A DNA stretch of 61,018 nucleotides, counting the filler, from Nemertoderma westbladi (lineage: Eukaryota > Animalia > Xenacoelomorpha), in the NCBI GenBank assembly GCA_032718475.1. It is 3 parts of 3 records of this genome, joined end to end, with 100 filler letters (N's around TTAATTAATTAA, not from the genome) between each part and the next. Parts side by side here need not be neighbours in the genome. Positions count along the whole stretch, not along the records: positions 1 to 19,590 come from JAUCBJ010004534.1; positions 19,691 to 40,698 come from JAUCBJ010005086.1; 1 more part is not named here. One strand, given 5' to 3'. The notes beneath the pieces were generated by a model. That model made no database searches. It saw nothing but the letters and a program-made list of their open reading frames with translations, and was not told the origin of the DNA. Made by a program: the position numbers and the translations under genes. This document shows positions 13,495-25,522 of the stretch, piece by piece. Within the stretch, counting starts at the first letter, position 1, and each line of letters begins with the position of its first letter.

Positions 13495-14007
13495 GATATT
13501 AGTGTTTCCCCATCGCATTGCGGTTTAAAAATTGCATCGTATAACTGCAATTCAATACGGACACCAAGTTCTAGATTTGCAATAAGGGAACTTTGTGATA
13601 ACTCGTGCGATATAATTTTTATTCAGGAACTTATGTTACCTATCCAAGAGTTAGGTTTATTGAATGATTTGGATAACAGATATTTTGGGAGAGGCATCTC
13701 CCCTGTTGATATGTCATCCGAACTTCTAAGAGGTAGGCCGCATGGAGGGCTAGGCATATTATATAAAAAGGACATTGCGAGTCTGGTTGATATTATTGAT
13801 TTTGATGATAACAGAATTTTTGGAATTCGTGTTACAGTAGACAGTGGTCAGTCTATTTTATTATTAAATTTATATCTACCTTTTCAATGTGCGGAGCACG
13901 ATGACGACTGGTTAAACTGTTTAGGCAAACTTGGTTCAATTTTTGATAGCACTAACACCAGCTACTGTTTTGCAATAGGCGATTTTAATGCTGGTGTAGG
14001 TAGATGA
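13495..14007 (+). pseudogene. LINE ORF2 APE endonuclease domain (true start ATG at 12413, before the insertion)
   Basis: Motifs IASYNCNS, DIIFIQE, GRPHGGLGILYKK, NLYLP, GDFNA. Confidence 0.9.
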
Positions 14008-14535
14008 TCTCAGTGTCGAGTTCACCGAATCAGGCGTCTATTCGGGTACAGCTACGACTGTAGCGTTTCACTAATGTTCGGGGAACTCAACTTACCCAAA
14101 TTTTGTCACATTAGATTCAATGCAATAAATTCGTTGTTCCGCCGTGTCGACAATAGTGAAAATAGTATTGTACGGGCGGTTGCATTGGCCACTATTCATA
14201 CAAGCAGGTTGCGTGAATCCATGTTTTATGTATGAAATACAATTATTATCTTGTAATTATCTAATGTACTGTACGTTTTAGTCTATTAACATTTTACCAT
14301 TTGTTTATATGTTTATTGTGCTACTATTTCTTACTAAGTATGATGTATGTACTAGCGTCTCGTGCTTCGCCTTAATATATTTTTCCTACATATTAATTGA
14401 TGTTACTTGTGGTTTATCGTGCTTGTATGTATTGTGTATGTTATGTATTAATAATTATGTTTTACTATGGGCGTACGTTAGCCTGGATTAAAGAATATAT
14501 ATATTTATATATATTTTTAATTAACTTGGAACCAG

Positions 14536-15024
14536 GTGATGTTATTGCCGTGGAGGTATTTACCAAGTTCGTACCGAATGATCCTGTACTGAAGATAACT
14601 GGATCCTCACTTGTTTATTGCGATGATCTAACAGTCAGTTGGGATATATATTGCGTTGGATATGATTCTGTCAATCACCCTGGAAAATCGATATCAGAGT
14701 TAGTGTTTCAGAGACCCGGAAGTCCCGAAGAGGTAGAACTCGCCGCAGTATTTCCAAACCCAATGGCTGCATCCGGTCAAAAAGTGATTCCAGAGATACA
14801 ATCAGTTGATAGTTGTCTAGAAGGGGGTGAATACCTAGCAGGAGACACACCCAACATTGATGGACAAACAGACACTCCATACTACATCAAATACCAATTC
14901 TCTGGCTGCAAGAAGGAACATGCTGGTGTTTACAACTGTAAACTACAAGATATAGTTTCAAATACGTTCTCTGGATCTATTGAACCTAATGGACCTTTTA
15001 CTGTGACCTTCGAAGAGAATGCTT
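14536..15024 (+). CDS. Host exon encoding an Ig-like domain (symmetric phase 1-1, 489 nt)
   Basis: accag acceptor, GTGAGT donor, open frame with IYC…KEHAGVYNC. Confidence 0.7.
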
Positions 15025-15348
15025 GTGAGTTTATTTTAATTAATTGCCTTGAGTCTTGAACGTTTTTCAACAAAAGTGTTTAACCACGTAATGTGGCAAA
15101 ATAAACATTTGTATTGAATATTTTGAATTGAATAGACCAAATAACTAAATTTGAAAGTCATTAAAATTGAAAATAATTATATATTGATTAATTGATATTG
15201 ATAGAATTATAGTAGATGATTCTGATTATATCTAAAACTACATGCTGAGCTAAAATTGATACTTTCTTGTTCTTCAATTTTCGCTTTTGTTTTAAATATT
15301 GTTACGTACAAATTTTTCAGGTAATTTCAGTACAATATTAGTCATGAC

Positions 15349-16599
15349 TAGAGTTGAAACAGAAATTCCTTTCGTAATTGACAGAACCTGACCGAGAGTT
15401 ATTTTGAAAAATACCAGAGCCAGAGATCAGAAACTTTGCTTATTTTTGTACATAAACCTACAATTAATTACAACACAAACAGGTGCTTATAGATGGACTG
15501 ATAAATTTAAGTACCTCTATTGACGTGCTTAATTATCTTTATTAAACTTTAAGGGGGGTCAAAAATATGTCGAATTTTTTTTTTATTATCTATTATAATG
15601 CACCATTGAATGGTGTTTCTAAATCTGAAAACCGCTATTTAATATCTCTTTTAGTTTTTAAGTTATAACAATTTCCATTTAGGGATTCCCATTGAAATTA
15701 CTATTACTATGTATAATAAAAGGTCGATTATCTTCAAATATTTTTTTTATGAAATTGTCAACTTCAAAACCCTACTACTGCTACAATTTTTGAGCAATTA
15801 GTCTGAAACTTTCTGTGGGTGTCTAGATAGCCACCCTGCATAAAAGTATCAGACAACTTTTCGAAATTATTTGTTAATAAAATTTAATACTATTTATACC
15901 AAACCTAAAAATTAGGAATAAATTTGCAGCGCCACCTAGCGGTGCAGAATTATTTTTACAAAATTTCGCCTAATAGTTATGTTGCCCCATCTTTCATCTA
16001 TCATATAAAAAAACTTTCATGTGATTAGATTCAAAACTGTAAAAGCCTTAGGGTTTTAAGCGCAACCAAGTTTTTTTTTGTTGTTAACTAGTATTCACTA
16101 ATATTAAATAGCGTAAAATAAAAGTTTTCTAACCTGTCATGAAGAATAGCATCTTAGACACCTATATTCCAAATTATAGCCACAACCAAACAATTTTGAA
16201 ACGCTGAGAGTGATAAATCGAAGAGTTGTCCGAAAATGGTGTACCCCCCCCCCCCCCCCCCCCCCCCTTAAATTAAATTATTTTCATTTGAGTAGAAGAT
16301 TACATTTAGTGTGAGTCATGATTAATAATAATGAAAAAGTCAATAAATTGATGAAGCAGATAATTATTTGTTAAAAATTTAAAAATTATTTATATAGCAT
16401 AGCAAAAAAATTATTTGCGAAAAAAACATCTACATTTTGAATTTTATGTTTAGTACTAAGATAATATATATTTTTAATTTGAAAAATCTCTGATCTCTCT
16501 CGGGATAAACTGTCTGTTTTCAATACCAGGGAACCAGAGACCAAAAAAATTGCCCGGAGAATCCAAAAAACAGGTCAGAGACAAGCTATTTCAACTCTG
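15349..16599. mobile_element. hAT-type MITE
   Basis: TIR TAGAGTTGAAACAG / CTATTTCAACTCTG; 8-bp TSD GTCATGAC / GTAATGAC. Confidence 0.8.
15553..16267. mobile_element. TTAA-targeting (Kolobok-like) non-autonomous element nested in the hAT MITE
   Basis: TTAA|GGGGGGT … ACCCCCC|TTAA termini. Confidence 0.55.
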
Positions 16600-16789
16600 G
16601 TAATGACAAATTCAATCATTTTCACAATTGAATGAGATCAGTGTGTTCAGATGAGCCATCTAATGAGTCCGACTCAGGTTCCTGAGCTACTGGTTGTTGC
16701 AGCCCTTCATAACGGGTCTATCTGGTTGGACGTCATGTAGGACCAAATCTCATAGTTGGGTTAAATAGAAAAGCGTGGTATCATGCCAT

Positions 16790-17220
16790 AACTGGTTTAA
16801 AAAGATATGAGATTCACACTACAAGAACGCAGAAATAACAGATATCTGGCAACCTTATTTGCGGATGACATCGCCCTGCTCTCTAATACGCTAGCAGATG
16901 CACAGCTTCTACTAAATAAAGTGGAGAGCGCTGCTAAGGAGGTTGGATTGCATATAAATGCTACCAAGACCGAATTCATCACTTTTAATGTTGATGGAAA
17001 CTTGATAACCATTGATAATAATCAACTAAGGAAGGTCGACGACTTCCCGTACCAAGGGCCATGGATAGAGAGTAGCAAAAAGGACATAGAAGTTAAGAAA
17101 GCAAAGGCTTGGGTAGCTCTATTAAAAATGGATACCATCTGGAAATCAGATCTCTCCAGGCACCTGAAGACTAACTTCTTTCGAGCCACAGTGGAAAGTG
17201 TACTTTTATACGGGGGTGAT
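16790..17220 (+). pseudogene. RTE-clade LINE reverse transcriptase fragment
   Basis: LFADDIALL, GLHINATKTE, IWKS…FFRATVESVLLYG. Confidence 0.9.
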
Positions 17221-18670
17221 TGATCTCAAGGGAGGATCTAATTTTCACTATCCGAGGTCTCGACCTAGTAGTAGCAGTAGAAAGGACTGTAAAAGCTTTA
17301 CCGGACATAACAATCATTTTTACGCAATGCGCAGAATACTCTAAAATAGCCCTAAATTTACCCAACTACGTGACGGGAAGGAATTGGAACCCAGATGACG
17401 AAATCTGTCAGCTGATTCTTTGTGGACGTGGAATTTCTTTGTTCTGCCTCATTCAGCCAATCAGAGCAATTTTCCCTTTATGTCTAACAGAGACCTATGG
17501 AAACTCGCGCAATGCATTACGGTCTTTGTTTACTATTTTCTGAGCATCAGAACCGGCTCGGAATTTTTCTGTGCTTCTGTGTGGAAGTTTCAGACTTTGG
17601 CCTAGGAAACATCAGATGGCCTTGATTATAAGAACGTAAATCTATTAACATTTGATCATCATTTTGATCACATTTCTCATTTACTCAATTCAACTGCATT
17701 TCATACTTGCATAAGTAACACATACTGACTGTTCACCGCATTATTTTACTTCTGTTATTAATTGTTGTTATATTAATGGATATTGCTGTTATATTTGTAG
17801 AATACCGATAAATAATTATAAACCCCTCAATCTTCTTGATTACTGAGGTAAGAGGAACAGGTTTACCGGTAGCAACTGCGACTTAAATTATAGTGGTTTT
17901 TGTGTGAATTAAATGCTATTTCATAATCTCTAGGTGTGTCAGTTGCAATCCTCCTTATATATGATCAAATTCAGTGACGGTCGGCAGATTAGTGTGAACT
18001 AGTGTAAAGTAGTGTGAAGTCGTGTGAAGTAGTGTAAAGGTTAATAAAGCATCTCCTAAAGAATGCCCTATTTACGAAACTCTGTGGCCATCTAGTTGTG
18101 ATTAGTATAAGTCATAACTCTGTTTTTATACTTAAAGCGCCACGTCTTAAGGGAACTGTTAATATTTCCCCGAAAGTAAATATATTTGTCAGAGATTATA
18201 TAGTAACGATCAATCGAATGATACAGTAGGTCTACACTGCAATAACTCTCAAGGAATCCGAATCCAGTCTCCCACACCGTGGGTCATACGCCGCGCACGG
18301 ACTGGCTTCGGCTGATGTAACTTCAGTACACTAGGTAATTGATATAGGCTAAAGTCGATTTATAAACAAGAGGACAACTAAAATTGGCAGGTTAAACTGC
18401 TAAAGGTCTAAAAGCGCGAACAAGGACAAAAATAAAATAAACAAAATGCCACATATATAACTGCGCGAAGGATAAGGGCTAATGATAGGATAGGGGGGGG
18501 GGGTGGGGGGGGGGGGGGGAGATTTATTTACTCCTTCATGTAGGAAGCGTTTCCATCTTTGACACAAATTCCAAGACGCTCTACTTTATACAAAGTCGAG
18601 GACCTTGTAGAAAGTAGAGCCGGTATAATTTGAATTTCTTTATATATTTCTTATTATTGTATATTTATAG

Positions 18671-18691
18671 GTCCAGATAAAGATGAGCAAG
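18671..18691 (+). CDS. Putative 21-nt micro-exon (phase 1-1, xPDKDEQ), frame-compatible with exon 14536-15024
   Basis: T-rich tract ending tttatag, then GTCCAGATAAAGATGAGCAAG, then GTGAGT. Confidence 0.5.
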
Positions 18692-18807
18692 GTGAGTGGG
18701 TATATAAGAGTTCGTAATATATACATAATTTTACTTAAAATTTTTGCTGGTCTCAACAACATCACAAAATTTATGATCATCGTTACTTTCTGTTAGTTGA
18801 TATTACT

Positions 18808-19422
18808 CTACTACTATAATCGGCCGGATGCATTGTAGCTTGAATTAAGAATGCTATGCCAGCTTTTCGATAATATGGGGCCATCATAATTTCCTATCCA
18901 CCATCACTTTTGCGAGATTATGCACATCTTCAAGACCAGTGTCCTTTATGTCATGGTCTGTCCTGTCCACCATGCATATTTTCTTAATATGAGGCTGCCA
19001 AAGCACAAGATTGTGCACAGGCTGGCCCTCAAGTGGGAATAAATGTCCTGCAAAGAGGAGGTGGCTTTGTTCAAATGTCAAGCTTAGGGGAACCAATGAG
19101 ACACCTCCAATTTTATATAGTGTTTGGTTGGAGATATGTGCAGTGCACTGTACTTGACACAATGAACCCGGCGTAGCATTCTTGTGAATGTGCCATCCAG
19201 AGATTTGGTGTCCTCAGCAGTTAGAGCCCAGCATGGACTCCCATAGAGGAGTACTGGAACTACTGCTGCTCCACATAATCGAATCTTGATATTCCGTTTT
19301 ATTCTATGGGACTTCCACTTCCTGGACAGACTATTCAATGCTGCCCATGCCTTCCCCTTACGTATCCGAAGGTCTTCATTTGACTTCCGGATCCATGATC
19401 CCAGGTAACAGAAGTCTTCCAC
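18808..19422 (-). mobile_element. RTE LINE 3' fragment with (TAG)n tail
   Basis: FCYLGSWI, VPVLLYGS, LDGTFTRMLR, LFAGH; same family as 26480-26900. Confidence 0.9.
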
Positions 19423-19590
19423 GTGCTCATGCTTGCAATAGCAAGCATGCCTAGCCTAGGTTGGAAGGGGAACCAGTCCAACCACACCTCACCTCTACTC
19501 AAAGGCAGTATTGTAATGAGCCAGACTAATAAACCAGCTTTGTTATTGTGTTTAGCGTACAAAATCATTGGTCGAGTACTTAATCATGAC

Positions 19591-19690
19591 NNNNNNNNNN
19601 NNNNNNNNNNNNNNNNNNNNNNNNNNNNNNNNNNTTAATTAATTAANNNNNNNNNNNNNNNNNNNNNNNNNNNNNNNNNNNNNNNNNNNN
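19591..19690. other. Assembly gap with TTAATTAATTAA linker
   Basis: N run with an embedded six-frame stop linker. Confidence 0.97.
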
Positions 19691-20147
19691 TATATTATTA
19701 CTTAGTTTTGACCCCCCAGTCGGTATCTATTACAATATAGGCTAAATATTTTGCAGAGTCACAGAGTAGTCTGAAGTTCCCCAGTCTGCCACTAGAGGGC
19801 GAAATGTCTCAAAGTGAAAACCATACAGTAGCCATGAATTGGTTACTAGGCAATAATACTGCATTTTGCAAAGTTAGGCCTATTGCTTACCGAACGAAAA
19901 CTGCCCTGGTCCATGCGGGGATCGAACCCAAATTTTGTGTTATTTAATCTTGTTAACCTTGTTTGCAAATTTTCTCTATAAATAAGAGTCAATAAAATAA
20001 TAAAACTGTACTTATTTATTCTTGTTTCCCCCTTATTGTTTAAAAAAACAAAAAGTTTAACCGGTTATTTTTCATTTTTTCTCTACGATAATACATTATA
20101 ACATTTATGATATATAACACACTCAATAATTAACATAAAACATTTAA

Positions 20148-21760
20148 CCCGCTGAAGACCGTTTGATTCAGGTTACACCCAGGACCGTTTGGGTCAAATT
20201 GACCCACGGTATATTATTGATAATATTATCAATCAAAATGACCAAAAGTTAGGTTTTATCAGTGTGGAAACTCATTTGCGACTTACGGGCAAGTTACTTG
20301 GGCTATTTACATCCGATTTGGTTTCAATAAGAGCGTAGCGAGTCATACAACGAAACGAGGGTTTCTCATTTTGTTCAGATATGAACAGTACATAGAAATG
20401 TTGACAACTCCATCTGAACAAGCGTGTGAATCAATATTAGTTTCATAACATTATTCACTTAAGAATTCAGACTATTTAAATCAAACTGAGATTGATTAAC
20501 GAGCGAAGCGAGTGACACAAAAACCGAGTCCACTTTAATTGAATAATTATTTGCAAACAATGAGAAAACATTTGAGTGGCGCTGATTAAAGGCTAAACAA
20601 CTGCAGCAAGTGATAATCTCTGATAGCACCTTACTATCACCCATCTGATATACATTTATATATACTTGTATAGAAGTATTCTAGAGATAATCTTATTTGT
20701 TTCCCAAATAAATAGTTAAGTAAATATATCATAAATATGTATTTAATAACCTAAACACTACAGGACCTACTGCTATTGACCTAACGCAGTAACTGCCTAA
20801 AGTATACCGATTTGGACCTAACGCTACCAGGCTGCTTTGTACATTACCCACAAAAGAGATTCTTAAAAATGTTTCCATTTTGCACACAACTGTTATATAT
20901 TAGCCCAATTTATAAATTTATAGGCCTATTGTATAGGCTAATGACAGAATGACTACTGGTTGCCGGTAGGTGTAGGCCGAGACAGCTAGATTATATATTT
21001 ACAGCTATATAGCCAGACAGCCAGATACCAGTCCCGGTAGCTTTAGGTCCTGGCAACCTGGTAGCTTTAGGTCCGGAGCATTAGGTCCGTGGCATTAGGT
21101 CCTGGCAGCCTGTATGTAGCGTTAGGGCCGAGCCATTTGGTCAGTAAGTCCAACCTGCCTCCATAACCAGGCAGGTTAGTAAAGGAGCAGGTTATAGAGG
21201 CTAGTTCAAGGAACCAAAACAATAAACGAGAGTTAGGAATAATTTAATGTAATGTGTTACAGGACCTAAAGTATACCGGTTTGGACCTAACGTTTCATTA
21301 ACACTGACTAGGCCTAATTAGAGGACGTTCCATACAAGAAATATGGTTCATGGACGATTCCAAGGTTTCCATATTATACACACACACACACGCACCGACA
21401 CAAACATACATACTGTACAAACAGACGAAATTACTTTTCAATGTTGATTAAGCATCGCCCTGACTTGGAAAATTGATGTGTTTACAGAATTCGAATTTGC
21501 AAAACTGTTATTTATGAATAAAACTATAATGGGTCATTTTGACCCAAACGGCCCTTGGTGTTGCCTAAATAATAAAAGTCAAATTAAAGTGTTAAAGTAA
21601 AAGCTGTGACCCGGTTACATTTGGATAGAGTATAAATGTATAGAGGATAAAAAAGTAGGAGAATTCATGAAATATTGTGAACCCAATCATTATATTGAAT
21701 TTGTACAGTTACATGTAAACTTGATTTTGGGTCAATTTGACCCAAACGGTCCTTGGCGGG
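20148..21760. mobile_element. piggyBac-like non-autonomous element
   Basis: TTAA|CCCGC… left end and …GCGGG|TTTTAA right end; repeated GACCGTTTGGGTCAAATTGACCC terminal and subterminal motif (also at ~21531). Confidence 0.75.
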
Positions 21761-21789
21761 TTTTAACAAGTAACATGTAATATAATTTA

Positions 21790-22225
21790 TAAAAATTTAA
21801 GTTTAGATTTTTTCCTTCAACCAGCAGGCGAGCAGTCTCTCATTTTTATTTAAATCTACCCCAAAAATTTTATCGGAGTAGCAGTTTTTTCTCTTTCGTA
21901 TAAATAAAATAAACAATAACCTCCACAACTAGTTCGCAGCGGGTGTTGAACAACCTGCCTCGTTCTAAACCTCTTTTTAGTATTACGCATTAGCAACCAG
22001 TCTTCGATTTGCGGTGGTGGATATCGCGCGAATGAATCAAAATATTCACCACGGTCGCAGTCTACGAAAATTGCAACCAAATGCATCCCAGGTAAATATG
22101 CCGCTTGAGTATTTGATATGAAATTCATTTTTTTATTCTGCTTATCGGGTAGAAGATTTATAGGAAAAGATCCGTGATAATGTTCCCCTAAAGGGAAATT
22201 GTTTGAATCGCTAGTTTAACATTTT
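21790..22225 (-). pseudogene. Adenovirus-type cysteine protease (adenain) of Polinton
   Basis: YHGSFPINLLP…NTQ…PGMHLVAI…EYFDSF…Q…SCGGYCLFY (His, Asp, Gln, Cys catalytic pattern). Confidence 0.9.
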
Positions 22226-22266
22226 ATAGAATTTGATTTACTTTTGTTTGGTTCACTATTATTATT

Positions 22267-23314
22267 CTAGAATATTGATACTGACCCACTTTCACTAATT
22301 TTTATCGTTCTATCGTATGCCGCCCACATTATAACATTTATTGTAGCTCCTAATGCATGACCAAATGAAATTTCAAGCCTCGCTTTCCCAAAACGATGCA
22401 TTGGTCTTTCATCATCATCCAGATGACCACTAGGCGAAAGATTCCAAATAAAGAAAGGGTAACGGTCTCGAAACTGATTTGGTGTTATCCCGTTACTCGT
22501 ACCACGCGTTATCGATAATAAATTATGTTGGACTGCGCAATATTCATTGATAAATATTTATACTGAAATACTTATAGGTTTATACCTCCGAGAACTTTGC
22601 CATCTAGCGTCACCTGTAGGTAATTACAATGGAAATGCTCAAACATTAACGAATTTCTTAATAAGTTACCATTATAGGTGTCATTGCGAACGGAGGGAAT
22701 AACTACAAAACGGGGAAGGTTCTTATTGGTTAATAAATTTTCTCTAACAATCGAACGCTGCCCATTAGCAATAGTAAACGAGGTCACTTCATTCTGAATA
22801 ATAGGATAAACGAAATCGCTGATTTTGAGTTGAGTAGCGTGTTGCTCACGTAAATGGGAATCTAGTTTCGCTCGTTTTATTTTCAGTTTAGCATTTGATA
22901 TTAGTATATGAGGTCTAACCACATTAGCCGGACACACTAGATTAAATTCATTAACTGCCCTAGTCAACCTTATATTTATACTGGTTTTTGGAGGTAAAAA
23001 TCGTACTTAGTTGAAAAGATCAATATAAAGTCTGCCCTGAACATGATATTGCCAGCTTTGTAAATCTTCCGCCGCTGCAAATTCCACCGGGAGACTTGGG
23101 CGCGATGATGTTACAAATCGATATACTAATTCTAGAATTGTTTCTTGGGCTACAGTATAATGATCTTCCGACCTCTCAATTAAAAATCAATTATCGAAGT
23201 ACCCTCTCCAAGCGTTGTAATTGGGAAAACATCATGTTCAAAACATTCTTCTATTGCATTCTGTGAATCAATACTACTGAATAGATTAAGTTCCTTATTA
23301 ACAAAATCCTCCAT
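22267..23314 (-). pseudogene. Polinton major capsid protein (double jelly-roll), frameshifted and probably internally deleted
   Basis: N-terminal ELNLFSSIDSQNAIEE…FP; middle LPRFVVI…YNG…N…FEHF; C-terminal GKARLEISFGHALGATINVIMWAAYDRTIKI. Confidence 0.85.
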
Positions 23315-23466
23315 TTTGCTGATTAACTAACTAAAAATATCGCGACATTTCCTTTTTTTACATTGTCCGTTTATTGACTGCTTCTGTTCACTATTTAAAA
23401 TTTCCTCCACAATTTTGTTTGCTACTTTCCTAGTCGACGGTTTAGAACGCGCTAAAGCCTGACTTA

Positions 23467-23847
23467 TTAATTTCTTACCCTTTTTTTTAATTGGGGAACA
23501 CCATTCCGTATTGCTTGTTTAAGAATTTTCCTCCCAGCTCTTTTGGCCAATGGAACCCCTCGTCGAAGGGCAATACGAGCCACGGGTTTATTTACCTTCG
23601 GTACTACTCTGGTCGCGATTCGCAATATATTTGCCAATATTCCCTTTCCTCTCTGTCCGTGCCTAGCGAATACAGTTCTAAAATTTAGATAGCGTGGTCT
23701 ATAGCCACCCCTAAAATAGGGTAAACCACCAACCTTTTCTCTTTTCACTCTCTGATTCATTGTGCACCCTGGTCCTCCGCTATATGGACCACATCGAGAC
23801 GCGTGAGTCGAGCGAGAGCGCAAACTCAAATTACAACACGATTTCAT
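23467..23847 (-). CDS. Polinton basic core / membrane-active protein (PW-like); probable start at M 23760
   Basis: Arg/Lys-rich; VGG, FRGG and QRGKG motifs followed by amphipathic ILANILRIATRVV; lies between penton and MCP. Confidence 0.7.
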   Translation of the reverse strand: MKSCCNLSLRSRSTHASRCGPYSGGPGCTMNQRVKREKVGGLPYFRGGYRPRYLNFRTVFARHGQRGKGILANILRIATRVVPKVNKPVARIALRRGVPLAKRAGRKILKQAIRNGVPQLKKRVRN

Positions 23848-23878
23848 TTTTGCGAATGAGTTTCAAATAAATTTCCAA

Positions 23879-24670
23879 TTATTGATTTTTTAAAATTAAC
23901 GTTACAATCACCGTGCCGCTATTAAATTTTATATTTTCATTTTGATCATCTCTCAATTCAATGTTTATTAACTCGATATGAAGAGCAATAGGTTTAAAAT
24001 TAACTTTTGTAAATTCCTTATGAATTAATTGCCCACAGCTTCCCTCATAGGCAACACTTCTCAATACCGGTTTAAGTTGATTACCTACTATGCTATTTGC
24101 ACATATATTAGAATAAACATTTATATTGCTAATGACAAAGTGGACTGGGTTACGAATAATTAGAGGCTCCATTAACTCTGTCACATCAACGCGAGTTATC
24201 TGTAGATAGTCTCTAGTTTTTATTATACGTAACATATTTTTATTAATGTAGTATTCACTCTCTAAACCTTTTAAACCTAGCAAATCGATAAGTTTATTTC
24301 CATGGAACCTAATTTTTTGAGTATTCTTGAGCATCTGAATAGTAATATTATTATGTATTTCGCTATATTCTAGCGATAAAAAATCTCCGATTCCTGTTGT
24401 ATGCTTTAGCTGATTAATCATAACCTCAATATCGCTATAGCAACCACCCGGAAGCATAAATTCACGCTTAGTTCGACTACTATTCCACAGGATAATTTTT
24501 ATATTTTCCAGGTTATGAAATGAAGCAGAGTATATTAACTCGGATACTCCAATAAACCATTCTCCTTTTAACTGCAAGGGGGCAGCGAGCTCTACATTGA
24601 AATTAGATGGATTATTTAATGGAAAACGATCCGGAGAGCTGTTTGAAGGTAAATATAATATTTTATACAT
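23879..24670 (-). CDS. Polinton minor capsid protein (penton), copy 2, intact 263 aa
   Basis: LYLPSNSS…FP.N…FNVEL…L.GEW.IGVSELIY; C-terminal VYSNI…IVGN…PVLRSV…INIELRD…F.SG.VIVTL. Confidence 0.88.
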   Translation of the reverse strand: MYKILYLPSNSSPDRFPLNNPSNFNVELAAPLQLKGEWFIGVSELIYSASFHNLENIKIILWNSSRTKREFMLPGGCYSDIEVMINQLKHTTGIGDFLSLEYSEIHNNITIQMLKNTQKIRFHGNKLIDLLGLKGLESEYYINKNMLRIIKTRDYLQITRVDVTELMEPLIIRNPVHFVISNINVYSNICANSIVGNQLKPVLRSVAYEGSCGQLIHKEFTKVNFKPIALHIELINIELRDDQNENIKFNSGTVIVTLILKNQ

Positions 24671-24679
24671 TATTATTAT

Positions 24680-25507
24680 TATTTTTTACTTCGTAAATGA
24701 AGGGTAATTAAAGTTGCTCCACCATTAAATAATAATAATTCTCTATTTTTGTTACGTATTTCAATATGTATCTGATTGGTATAAGTTTTCGCTACTTTCT
24801 TATAATATATTTTCTTAAATTCTCTAGTAATATGACACGATTGCTCTAGTGTAATAGGGTTCTTAGTAAAGGAGTGGTTGTATTACCAATTATGCCATAA
24901 GTAACTATATCGCTATAAATAAACAGATTTTCTCTACCTCTGGTTAAATTGCAGGGAAAAGGACAAATCAAGTTTATGAACCCTCTACGTCTTTCATGTT
25001 TTTGCTTGAGCGAAAGAACCTCTAGAGGCGATAATGAAATATCAAAAATTCTATACCATAAATCTAACTTTTCTCTGTTTTCATCCAGGTTAACCAATCG
25101 ATCCAAGCCTAATATTATCTTTAGGTCACCACTTATTTCGAATGAAAAGCGTGGCGGCAATCTTAGTATCACTTGATTTGAACACTTTAAATAAATTAAT
25201 TCTGGTAGGGAGGGGTGATCATTTTCTCTATTTATTCGATCCACTATAGCTTCTATGCTCCCATATAAACCTGGCATGAAATTTATTACAGTTGGCTGAT
25301 GAATATATCGATATATAAACAATAAATTGAGATTCTTCGACTAAATTATAGAAAGAACTAGAATACTGTATCTCGCTCAGCCCCACTTCCACGTTTTCAC
25401 TCAGAATTAACGTATATGGTAAGTTTTTTGTAAATTTGGCCAATGTATTCCCTGGAAACTTTTCAGTTGGCCCATTACAGAATAGGCTTATATTAAGTAT
25501 CCATCAT
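24680..25507 (-). pseudogene. Polinton minor capsid protein (penton), copy 1, with frameshifts and a stop
   Basis: SLFCNG…FPGNTLAKFTKNLP…EVGLSEIQY; LFIYSDIV…IIGN…PLLR; IHIEIRN…FNGGATLITLHLR. Confidence 0.85.
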
Positions 25508-25522
25508 TATCTATTTCCGTAG

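Larger units (their letters stand above)
10739..14510 (+). mobile_element. LINE (CR1/L2/Daphne-like) with ORF1, APE endonuclease, large internal deletion of RT, and 3' end
   Basis: ORF1, then the ORF2 endonuclease, then an abrupt jump at ~14005 to an ORF2 C-terminal-type sequence (RRLFGYSYDCSVSLMFGELNLP…DNSENSIV); AT-rich 3' UTR ending ATTAAAGAATATATA. Confidence 0.8.

Noticed and set aside
19636-19647. TTAATTAATTAA inside both N runs
   Set aside because: Identical in both gaps; a scaffolding linker, not biology. Adjacency across the gaps is therefore uncertain
19895-19930. Minus-strand tRNA 3' half (GGGTTCGATCCCCGCATGGACCA); similar B-box at ~57425
   Set aside because: Only the T-arm and B-box are present; truncated tRNA or SINE remnants
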